Shown in pieces: positions 52,886 to 64,000 of a stretch of DNA of 64,000 bases. The DNA is from Octopus vulgaris. Lineage: Eukaryota. Each line of letters begins with the position of its first letter. Positions within the stretch are counted from its first letter, which is position 1. Below the pieces are notes generated by a model that saw only the letters and a program-made list of their open reading frames with translations, had not been told where the DNA came from and made no database searches. A program made the translations under genes and the position numbers. The stretch spans positions 139,314,001 through 139,378,000 of the forward strand of contig OX597818.1 of NCBI GenBank assembly GCA_951406725.2, in the 5' to 3' direction.

Positions 52886-53762
52886 AGTATGTCATATTTT
52901 GCGTTTGTAGTCTTTTTATTCAATCCTGAATACACACACAGACACGCACACTTGTGCTTGTATGTGTTTGTGGGTGTATCTATCTATCGATCTATCTATC
53001 AACCTATCTTTTTTGTACATATTATATGCCAAGAAGTTAACTAAAGCGTCGTTGGTTAAAGTTTTCGAACAGACCAATCACCAGTTCAGTGCACAAGAGA
53101 GTGTGTGCGGCTAAAACCAAAACACCAATTGCAGAGTTTCTATCAAGCAAGATTTTATTTGATCTGAGCAGTGAAAGCGTGACAGAATTTTTAACTCTCT
53201 AAAACCTGTATTCAACAGAAATTTCCAATTTATCTTGATGCTAGAGGGAGATTTCAAATTACGTCTTTTGTCGTCCTTGGTCATTCCTCATAATATACCA
53301 CCCAGGTGAAATTCATAACAAGCTCACGGGGTTTTAAAAGTGATAAATTGAAGATATCGTTTGCATTATTCTTGGTGTTTTTAGCCAGTTTTAACCTCAG
53401 TTTCCAATTTGTCATACGTTTCTATTTTACATCTTTCCCGTTCTTTTCACTTGATCTCCATGATATTAGTAAGCATATACTGAAGCATACTCACGCGCTC
53501 CACACAAATACATATTCACACGTTCATACATAGCTATGTGCATATAGAGACACGTTACTTTCTGTCTAAGTCAATAAATATCTTATAGCAGTTTTATTCT
53601 GACATTCTCTAAAGATCTTAACCCTTCCTGTAGTTTAATGTACCCGGTCACGTCATTTTAGTTTTTATTTTTATTTTGTCTTTTTTCATACATTTTCATT
53701 ATATTCTATGCTTTTAGGACTATCTCCTCCTAAAAATGTTTGTACCTTTGAATTGATACATG

Positions 53763-54743
53763 TTGGGTTGGCCAAAATCTCCGTTCGGTTTATGTCGACA
53801 CTGAACTTGACGCACTCTAATAAGCAACTAACTTCAGCCTGTCCATTGTGCATTCTCACTCATTAGATACTTGACGTTTCAGCGTAGTTGGACGCCAACT
53901 CGTAAAGGGACATGTTGTATTTTGTGTAATGAGGATCACCCAGAGAATGGAGAGCCAAAACGAAAATTACCGACACCTAATGCATCTTTTTTAAAAAACA
54001 AAAAAGCCAAGAAAACGGAAGAAACCTGAAGGAAGATATGCTCATTGTCTGGAACTGATGCTGTTATGGAACGTGTGTGGTAGATGTAGTTTTCAAGATT
54101 TAGACCGAGACATTTTTCGGTTCAAAATTTTTCGATTTCCATCTCCGATTATTTACAGAAACGTTAAGATAATGAGCTGTTTTTGAAGAGAACGGTGTAG
54201 AACGAAAAACGGATCATCTATAACAATGTGAAGTGCAAATGCACGCGAGGAACCAACAGTTTCCAAAGCAGGACTTCACCCGAAGTAGGTTATGCTGTAT
54301 ATTTGGAAGGATGTTGTATTTTACGAGTTTCTTCTATACTGGGAACAACGGGACAAAGTAAACGCAGCGATCCACCAGAAGCGTCAAGCTTTTGCTAAAT
54401 GTAAGGAGCATTGTGTTTCATCACGACAATGCCAGACTGCACACATTTTTGCAGACTTGGCAGAAGTTACTGGAGCTTGGCTGGAAAGTTTTATTCCACA
54501 TTCCATATTAGCCCAACATCGGGCTTTTGGAATTTCACCTGTTTTGGTCTCTTCAAAATTCATTGAGCAAAACCTGGAGGGGTTTGTCGTTTGTAAAGAC
54601 AAGAAAGTCTTTCAGTTGGGAATAATGAATCTGCTCCTAAAATGGTAGAAAATACTGGAACGAAACAATAATTATATTATTGAGTGAATACATCGCTTTG
54701 TAGCAAATTTTCGCTTAAAAGGCCGGTGATATTTGCTAACCAA
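53763..54743 (+). mobile_element. Highly decayed mariner transposon
   Basis: TIR-like ends ttgggttggccaaaatctccg / cggtgatatttgctaaccaa+TA; remnants GLHPK*VML, VFHHDNARLH, FHLFWSLQNS. Confidence 0.85.
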
Positions 54744-54914
54744 TACATACATGCATACATGCATACATTCATACATACATACATAAATACATACATACAT
54801 ACATACATACATACATACATACATACATACATACATACATACATACATACATACATACATACATACATACATACATACATACATACATACATACATACAT
54901 ACATACATACATAC
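54744..54914. repeat. (CATA)n
   Basis: Direct inspection. Confidence 0.97.
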
Positions 54915-55116
54915 AGACAAAGCATTGGATCTAGGTTAGAAACCTGCTCTTTCTCTTTTCTCTCTATATAATGGAGAAATTATACAAAATGTGTATATAG
55001 ATAATGAGTAAAGCACGGTCACAGTTTCAATTACCTGTTGTTATCCGTAGACTTATTGCAGGAACTTCGTAGTGGCGGTTGGAGTAACAGTATTAATAAA
55101 ATAGGAGATGGAATGT

Positions 55117-55430
55117 TATGTTATGTTATGTTTGTTCCTTCTCAAGCCACGCCTGTCTCATAAGGGCCGGTTTCCCGGTTTCTTGGCGTATAGGTTCCCC
55201 ACCTGGACGGCACGCCGGTCTGTCGCAGGTGAGCTGCAAGATGCAGGAGGAAAGAGTGAGAGAAAGTTGTGGCGAAAGAGTCAGCAGAAGTTCGCCATTA
55301 CCTTCTGCCGGAGCCGCGTAGAGCATAGGTAATTCGCTCATAAACATACACATCGGCCGGTCTGAGATTCGAACCCGTGATCCCTCGACTGCGAGTCCGT
55401 TGCTCTGACCAGTAGGCCATGTGCCTCCAC
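55117..55430 (-). mobile_element. SINE with family C-like head and a different tail
   Basis: 11-bp TSD agatggaatgt (55106-55116, 55431-55441); (CATAA)n tail. Confidence 0.85.
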
Positions 55431-56369
55431 AGATGGAATGTGTAATATACTTTATTGGGTACAACACATGATTGAACCCGTTCTGGGTCTCGTCGGGTAC
55501 ATCAATAAAAAGTCTCACTAGAGATTTCTTGGGTCGGCTTACGTACCGCTTTATGCCCATCAAATTCGTGAATGAGTAAAAATAGTGAAAAATTATTGAA
55601 ATACCAAAAAATTCAAATACGAACGTGGAAAGTTTACATTCCAGTTTAGAGAAAATGACGCTGGAACACGACCTGTGTAATTGTCTCCGTCCCTTTTCCT
55701 TCACATTAGTGAAACATTCATGTTGTTACTGCAATCAAAACCCGTTTTGTTCAGCTTTTTACTTTCAACCTCACACGGGTGTCAAATAGAGGAGAAAATA
55801 CATTCAACGATTTCACGGTAAAACAAAGATTTTTCAAAACCAAATCATGTGAAGACAATAAATTGGATTTTTCAAATGGATGGTTTTACGATGTCGATCA
55901 GAGAGGTTTTCGAATTGTTAGCAAACTGACCCGTGAAAATCAGAATGCTGTAAACTTTAATCGACAACAACAAATAATATATTACCTCTAAACTCTTAAC
56001 CAGTTGTTAAGTCATAGACGATTAAGGTTTGGAATATTTTTGGACCAAAATATTTTGGTGATCACGATGTTATATATTCGGAAACCCATTATGATGTATA
56101 AGGGCATATTTCATAACTTCTATTATTCAGTTTAAACATCAGTAAGCACATTCAACGCCTGTTGCAATGAAGAATCGATTCGTGATGTCCAAATTTCTGT
56201 ACGTCCGTCCTATTGTTGTAGAATAGTAGGAAGTTGATTACCTCGGCGCCATAGGTTAGCCATTAGCAGGCGTATCCAGTGTTAATTTCAAAGACACCAA
56301 TTAGTTAGAGGTTTCTGATTGCAGTAGTAATTGTATTAGTATTAGTAGTAGTGGTGGTGGTAGTAATTC

Positions 56370-57060
56370 TCCTTCTTCTTCTTCTTCTTCTTCTTCTTCT
56401 TCTTCTTCTTCTTCTTCTTCTTCTTCTTCTTCTTCTTCTTGCTCCTTTTTCCCGCCTCTGCCTTCACTTCCGCCTCCTCTGTGTACCATATCTCCTCCAT
56501 GCGTAGGCAATCACGGACCGCCATCCTCTCCTGTTCTCCACCCACACACAACTTGGTCAAGAAAGTTCTCTTCTCAGGCATGTGACGAAAGTTATGCCTC
56601 ATATATATATATAGCCAAGAGATTAGATCCGCACGTATATTGTACACAGGTGAACCATGTTAGTGCTGCTGGAAGAAGACACGGGGAATAAACAATAAAA
56701 CTAACTGATTACTGGCGTCTCCGAGTATACCAACCTACTTGGAACACTTTGAGCTGGAATGTGGCGATGGCAGACGCATTCAGACCAGATTGCCTGTTTT
56801 CTGAACACCCAGAGGTTCTTGATGTTGTAATATTATTACAAGAGACTTTTTTCCTCTGAGTTGTAAAATTGCATACCACTTCCACCGGGATTCAGCGACA
56901 AACTTTCTCCCACTACCGCATTACCCATGCAAGATTATCGACCAAGGTTTCCTCTGACGTCCAATATCTCCAAGTCTTTCTTTTCCAAAAGATCGAAACC
57001 CGGAAATTCTCTTCGTCCAATTCGCAAATATCAACTTACAAGAGGCATGAGACATTTTGG
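56370..57060 (-). mobile_element. Highly degenerate RTE-like LINE 3' remnant with (GAA)n tail
   Basis: ENRRGWRSVIAYAWRRYGT resembles the RTE C-terminus; upstream extent uncertain. Confidence 0.4.
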
Positions 57061-57489
57061 CGTAGCCGTTTAGGTGTTGCGTATTTGGCATCGCTGGTTC
57101 GACTCAGGCTTATTATTTGGCATCAGACATTTTAATGCGTCTCTCATTCCCCCTCTCACTCTCACTTTGTGCTTCTGTGTGTGAGCATATTTCTCTGTAT
57201 GTGCGTGAGTGTTAATGTCAATCGTATCAAATTAATGAATTGTAAAATCCATTTCTCTCCCTCACTATTTCTCAACGTTATCTGAACGTGTATATTTCTA
57301 CGAGTGTCTACGTGTGTGTGTGTGTCTGTTTGCCTCTAGTGCTCAAACGTACTGTCGCCAAAACAGGTTGACTGACCAATCAGCCACGCAAAAATGTCAG
57401 TGTGCACCCAGTCCTCTCATTCCAATTTACAGTCATTCAAAATGAACATCAATCTCATGAATGTCACGAGTCGTTCTTTCTTTTTTTTT

Positions 57490-57665
57490 CTTTTACTTGT
57501 TTCAGTCATTTGACTGCGGCCATGCTGGAGCACCGCCTTTAGTCGAGCAAATCGACCCCGGGACTTATTCTTTGTAAGCCCAGTCTCTTTTTTCCGAACC
57601 GCTAAGTGACGGGGACGTAAACACACCAGCATCGGTTGTCAAGCAATGCTAGGGGACAAACATAT

Positions 57666-57698
<33 letters not shown>

Positions 57699-57865
57699 CA
57701 TATATACGACAGGCTTCTTTCAGTTTCCGTCTACCAAATCCACTCACAAGGCATTGGTCGGCCCGGAGCTATAGAAGAAGACACTTGCCCAAGACGCCAC
57801 GCAGTGGGACTGAACCCGGAACCATGTGGTTGGTTAGCAAGCTACTTACCACACAGCCACTCCTG
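57490..57865 (-). mobile_element. SINE family A
   Basis: Consensus match. Confidence 0.92.
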
Positions 57866-58177
57866 TCTTGGGGGCAATGCCATCATAATGGACTCAAGAT
57901 CTTTTCTCTTCACTAAACCACAGAAAAGCTTTACTTTAGAACGAATAAACAAAACAATACACTAATGAATAATAAACTAGAGTAAAAGAAGAATAGCAAC
58001 TAGCTGGCTCACAAGTGCTACGCGTACTAAACTGCGGCAGAGAAATCGTAGAATCTACAAGCATTATGCGACCTTCATATATGCTTTGCACTTGTCTACT
58101 TGACACCAAATCCCCAGGCATAAACATCGAAATTGTTTAAATGACGTATTTCGATGGCATTAAACAGCCGAATTGAG

Positions 58178-58582
58178 TTACTCTTTACTCTTTTACTTGT
58201 TTCAGTCATTTGACTGCGGCCATGCTGGAGCACCGCCTTTAGTCGAGCAACTCGACCCCGGGACTTATTCTTTTGTAAGCCCAGTACTTATTCTATCGGT
58301 CTCTTTTGCCGAACCGCTAAGTAACGGGGACACACTAGCATCGGGGGGACAAACACAGACACACAAACACACACATGCATAGATATATATATATACATAT
58401 ATACGACGGGCTTCTTTTCAGTTTCCGTCTACCAAATCCACTCACAAGGCTTTGGTCGGCCCGAGGCTATAGTAGAAGACACTTGCCCAAGGTGCCACTG
58501 CCCAAGATGCCACGCAGTGGGACTGAACCCGGAACCATGTGGTTGGTAAACAAGCTACTTACCACACAGCCACTCCTGCGCC
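58178..58582 (-). mobile_element. SINE family A with a 15-bp internal duplication
   Basis: tgcccaaggtgccac tgcccaagatgccac. Confidence 0.92.
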
Positions 58583-58621
58583 TATATTGAGTTGAATATT
58601 TCTTCTGAATATATCCTGGAC

Positions 58622-58811
58622 GATTGCAGGTAAGTTCACTGCCATTAATTCACCGCAGGGATAGTTCACTGCCGTCAATTCGCCGAGAAGAAAGTTCACT
58701 GTGTAGAAAGTTTACTGAGAAAATATATTCTTAGTATCTCACCATTAATAGTTAAATACTATTTTATTGAAAAAAGACGGTGAATTGATGATGGCGAACT
58801 TACCGGACATG
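58622..58811. mobile_element. MITE, MULE-like
   Basis: Imperfect TIRs (ggtaagttc...aattcaccg), subterminal agttcac repeats, 9-bp TSD atcctggac (58613-58621, 58812-58820). Confidence 0.7.
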
Positions 58812-59468
58812 ATCCTGGACACAACGCAGTCGTAATGCATCGTAAAATCGAGCAGTTTCCGAGTGTTCTACAGGACAGGTGACCCTGTGTTAATCCGTTT
58901 GTTGTGTCGAGTCCCAAGGCTTTAGTTGTGGAAGTAGAGCAGCCAAGGCATTCCTGAAAACACAATTCTGCTCGGACCGTGACAGATTCCTGTCAATTTG
59001 ACTTGCTCATTACACGCTACACGAAGACGAGGTACTCAATGTTGCTCATTATATATCTCAACGGATTATTGAAATTACCCCGCTCCAAGATTTATCACCA
59101 GACGTACGCAGACAGGTGTCAGACGATGTATAGAAATTTTAGTGAAGACTAAACTACTATTAGTACACCAACCTATTGACTGAACTAAATTTATTTTGAA
59201 TGACAAGATTGATTTTTATCCGCTTTGGATGTCACATAATTATGACTAATGCTTCCAAGCAAGACAGATAGAAACTATGTGTGTGTATGTGTAAGTGTGT
59301 GGGGATGTGTATACGCATATACATATGTATATAATTGTATTTACATAATTGTAGATATATATGTATAGACACACACGGACATATATATGCATATAAATAA
59401 ACTTAAATATATAAATGCACCTATGCATACATATTTATATTATGGTAAGATGAATGATATATAAATAC

Positions 59469-59521
<53 letters not shown>

Positions 59522-59522
59522 C

Positions 59523-59572
<50 letters not shown>

Positions 59573-59603
59573 GTGTGTGCATATATATATATATGCACAT
59601 AAA

Positions 59604-59745
59604 CGCAGGAGTGGCTGTGTGGTAAGTAGCTTGTTCAGTCCCACTGCGTGGCACCTTGGGCAAGTGTCTTCTACTATAGCCTCGGACCGACTAAAGCCTT
59701 GTGAGTGGAATTGGCAGACGGAAACTGAAAGAAACCTGTCGTATA
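59604..59745 (+). mobile_element. SINE family A, 5' half
   Basis: Head with a small deletion. Confidence 0.8.
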
Positions 59746-60335
59746 TATATATATAAACAAAAAATAATACGAATATAAATACAAAAAACAACAATAATAA
59801 TAATAACAGGACATAACAACTGGCGTCTTTCGACTCAGACGAATACATATAAATACACATATAAGCACATACGTACTTACGTATTTGCATAGATATATGT
59901 ATGCTTATATATTCATAAATATACACGCATACGTAAACACACACCCACGTATTGGTTATAGAAATATATATGTTGCAAATATAACGAAAATATTTATCCA
60001 TGCAATGTTCTAGCAATGAACACATTGCAGTGAATATATCCATCCTTAAAGTGATAATATATAATGTTGGCGTAAACAAAGAGATAATTGAGAATAAAGA
60101 TACGCTATATGGATATTTAATATAGATATATAAGCGTGTGTATTCTCTACGTTTTGCCCCACCCAAATTCAGTTTTGCAGTGAAATTACCTTTATAGAAA
60201 TATAGACAAACATAACCACATGTTGTATTGTCATCAGTGGGCAAAAAATACAATAAAAAATAATATATAGACTTGCAACAAAAAGTTTTCTCTCCTTAAA
60301 TGCACCAGGGGCGATTTAGCTTGTCATCCATTTAT

Positions 60336-60505
60336 GAGTGTGTGGTAAGAAACTTGCTTCCCAACCACATGGTTCCGGGTTCAGTCAAATGAGACCGATA
60401 GAATAAGTGCTAGGCCTTCAAAGAATAAGTCCCGGGGTCGATTCATTCGACTAAAGGCGGTGCTCCAGCATGGCTGCAGTAAAATGACTGAAACAAATAA
60501 AAGAA
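60336..60505 (+). mobile_element. SINE family A, head fused to tail (internal deletion)
   Basis: gggttcagtc|aaatgagaccgatagaataag. Confidence 0.8.
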
Positions 60506-61534
60506 TATCTACACACCACACACACACACACACATATACGCACACACACACACACACTCTCTCTCTCACACACTTATACACGCACACACACATACAAAGG
60601 TCTGTGAGTGTGTGTGTGTATGTGTTTGTATGTACACGTGTATGTGTGTGACCTTGTGTGTACAAACATGGGTACATCTTTTATACATGATAATTAAATA
60701 CATGTGAGCGTACAGATTTCATCGTTTATGTTTTAGATTTCTTGTATTTTCTTATGGGCTTTTTGTAGTTATATTGGGACAATAAAACTCCTAAATTAAA
60801 ATCCGACGTTTTCAGACCTTCACAGTTTCAATTTCAAATGGTTTAACTTAGGTTTCTTTTGTTTCTCATAAATGAATATGGTGTTTTTGATCGTTAGCTT
60901 CATATGTCAGCAGTCACAGGGACTAACAGATAACTAGGTTTGCTCGGCCAGGGTTGGCCTGAGATCAAATGACAAAAAATCATCATTAATAGGTTTCAAG
61001 TAATGGCTTCGAGAAATTCTGTTATGCTTCTAACCCATATTCAGGTGCCGATACTTACTCTGAATTACACAAACACATAACTATATGATTCATCAATAAA
61101 ATGTCTAGCAGTTCTCTTTTGCCCGATCAGAGTTAACCAAGGGAGCAACAAAAAGAAAAAAAAGATATAACAACGAAAACAACAATAACGACGTTGACGA
61201 CAACATGGTTATTATTTATAAAAATGATGTTTTAAAGATTATGCTGAAGGATTCACCATCTGATATGCTATGGCCAATATAACTTTGATAATATCAGGTC
61301 CAGCAGAAACCTGTTACAGCACACAGCAACGGTGACTTAACCATGAAATCATCATGCAGTGAACTGATCATGTGTTTTGCTGTAATGTTCTTTGCAAGGA
61401 TGTGTGTGCTTTGAACTTCTCAGCCCCACCTGCTATGAATAAATAAAATTGTTCTAAAGGTTTTCCACTCCGGAATCTCCATGAAAAAATGTGACTTGGT
61501 GTAGAAACATTATTAGAAGTTCTAGAGGTTTCCG

Positions 61535-61747
61535 TTGTCAATGTATTTTGTGATGCTCTGTGTCTCTTTCAATTCATTTTAAATATAACAAAGAATTTAG
61601 TAAAATAACTTTGTTATCATTAAGCTGGTGTTAGGAACATAAATTGTGACTAAGGTTTGGTGGAAAATTTTAATTCAGAACTTATGGAAACAAGACATTT
61701 GTACTACAGGGCCAGAGGCGGTTTCAGCTGGGTTGGTAACAAAAGGG
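61535..61747. mobile_element. piggyBac-like MITE copy 1 (left end eroded)
   Basis: Ends in aaaggg+TTAA; collinear with copy 2. Confidence 0.7.
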
Positions 61748-61778
61748 TTAAGAATTGTTACTCAATTATATATTTTAA

Positions 61779-61985
61779 CCCTTTCATCACCATATTTCTG
61801 TTGAGATGCTCTATGTTTCTTTGAATTAATTTTAAATATAACAAAGAATTTAGTAAAATAACTTAGTTGTCATTAAGCTGGTATTATTAACATAAATAGT
61901 GACTAAGGTTTGGTGGAACTTTTGAAAACAAGACATTTGTACTACAGAGCCAGAGGCAGTTTCAGCCGGATTGGTATCGAAAGGG
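61779..61985. mobile_element. piggyBac-like MITE copy 2
   Basis: TTAA-CCCTTTC...GAAAGGG-TAAA. Confidence 0.8.
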
Positions 61986-62223
61986 TAAAAGAAACGCGCA
62001 GGCCAGGGCAGGAACTTTTCTAGAAGGCGCGCAACTGGTATTTTTGTATTGTCTACACGATACAATGGTTGTTTCCTATTCGTATGAAGGACATCATGCT
62101 AATTCTTTCCTGTCGAGTGACAGCGTAGATAGTCTCAATTTAGATCTAATATCACGAAAGACCCCTTAGCTTGGATTGATATTTTTATTGACTTAAAAAA
62201 AGCAAAGGCAAAGTTACATCAAT

Positions 62224-62586
62224 CACCATTCGTGCAACTGGTACATATTTCATTGGCCTTGAAATGACTAAAAGCAAAGTCGAACTCGGCGGTATTTGAA
62301 TTCAGAATGTAAAGACGGATGAAATGTAGCTAATCATTTTGTCCGGCATGTTAATGAGTCTGCCAGCTCGCCGCCTTACAAAGTCCAGTTATACTGATTT
62401 CAAATTTCGGCACAAGGCCAGCAATTTCGGGAGAGGGAGGAAGTCTGTAACATCGACTCTGGTGCTCAAGTGCTACTTATTTCATCGACCCCCAGAAAGC
62501 GAATTTGATCTCGGCAGCATTTTCAACTCAGAATGTAAAGACGGACATTTTGTCCGTCGTGCGAAAGATACTGTCAGCCCACCACC
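62224..62586 (-). mobile_element. Two diverged SINE family B copies in tandem
   Basis: Heads at ~62376 and ~62586. Confidence 0.7.
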
Positions 62587-63261
62587 TGATAAACCCTAGT
62601 AAAAATGTAAAACAAAATGTATCTTATATTTCACAACACAAATATAGGCCCAAATCTTGTTCTTGTTGCTTCATAGCACCAGGTTTTTCTCCTATCGAGC
62701 AAGCCGATGATCAAAAGCATTTTAGCCATGACTACCCTGTGATTATATATTTCGTATTTCAAAGATTAAGATTATCTATTGTGCTCTTCATTTATTCCCA
62801 AAACGTCGGAGGTGAGGTGTGACTTAAGAAAATTTGGCTGTTATTTTAACAGGTCTGTTGACTTCATATAGGCTCTATCTTTGCCTCGATTTTACACGCT
62901 AGTTTCCTTCGACAGTAACACGCCATAAAATATACATATTTCTAGGAAGCAAAGCCAAAGCGCAGCTGCTGCATCTAACTTCTGTTGAATGATACACATC
63001 TAGAAACATCACACTTCATTCATACAGTGAATCTAACAGAATCTGTGCATAGAGTTCTATATACGTGTATGTGTGTGTGTATGTGTGTGGACTTATGTGT
63101 GCGTATGAGCACTGGTGAGGTTTTCAGTGCTGATAAATATTAAATTGCTCTTGTTATTTAAACTATTTTATTGTCCGTCAGTATGCCTGTCAATCTGTCA
63201 GCCTATATGTATGTATATATGTATGTATGTTGGTATATATGTATGTACGTATATATGTATG

Positions 63262-63322
<61 letters not shown>

Positions 63323-63788
63323 ATATATGGATATGTATGTATACATATCTATACATGCCTGCGTAAGGTACGTTGCAACTATGTTTGCTTGCATATATAT
63401 GTATGTATGTATATCTACGCGTGTATATATATATACTTGTGTTTTTGTGTGTAATATATATGTATATATGCGTGTGTGTATGTATGTATGTGTATATGTA
63501 AATGTTTGTATATGTGGCAAGAGACACAAAACAATCACGTGAGACTTACGTGCCAAGAAAAAGGTAAATTGAATCAAAGATAGCAAAACAGACAATGGAG
63601 AAGCACTTATGTTATTATATATCTGAACTTCTGAGATAAGTAAGGACGATAATTAAAGTTTCCATGCGCAAAGCAACACAACAATTCTCTGTTTTTATTT
63701 ATGCAACGTGTCGACCTAAAGTAGTCGTCAACCCAAAACACAAACAATGTTTGAGTCAGGATTTGAACTCGAAATCTTTTATGTATAT

Positions 63789-64000
63789 ATTTCTTTACTA
63801 CCCACAAGGGGCTAAACACAGAGGGGACAAATAAGGACAGACAAAGGGATTAAGTCGATTACATCGACCCCAGTGCGTAACTGGTAGTTAATTTATCGGC
63901 CCCGAAAGGATGAAAGGCAAAGTCGACCTCGGCGGAATTTGAACTCGGAGCGCAACGACAGACGAAATACGGCTACGAATTTCGCCCGGCGTGCTAACGT
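63789..64000 (-). mobile_element. SINE family B (head beyond window edge)
   Basis: Consensus body and tail. Confidence 0.9.

Noticed and set aside
61228-61509. TG...CA-bounded segment with AATAAA (possible solo LTR)
   Set aside because: No target-site duplication and no second copy in the window

Overview
Eukaryotic, AT-rich, microsatellite-saturated DNA with no recognisable host protein-coding gene, rRNA, bona fide tRNA or CRISPR array. The repeat families resemble those of Octopus (coleoid cephalopod) genomes; this is recognition, not a database result. The window is a mosaic of several tRNA-derived SINE families (many with target-site duplications); 3' fragments of RTE, CR1-like and R4/Dong-like LINEs; a decayed Penelope-like element (PLE) with a GIY-YIG domain; mariner/Tc1 relics; MITEs (piggyBac-, MULE- and hAT-like); a non-autonomous Helitron; a candidate solo LTR; and a 5.7-kb (TATG)n array inside a SINE. 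Nearly all ORFs in the track are microsatellite artefacts. The most notable signal is a dispersed set of minimal type I hammerhead-ribozyme-like motifs (best at 52200-52253, 9353-9400 and 38437-38471, with variants elsewhere). They sit mostly in short units embedded in (TA)n and at the 3' end of the PLE, alongside three long hairpins with PLE inverted pseudo-LTR architecture. All folds and alignments were done by eye.
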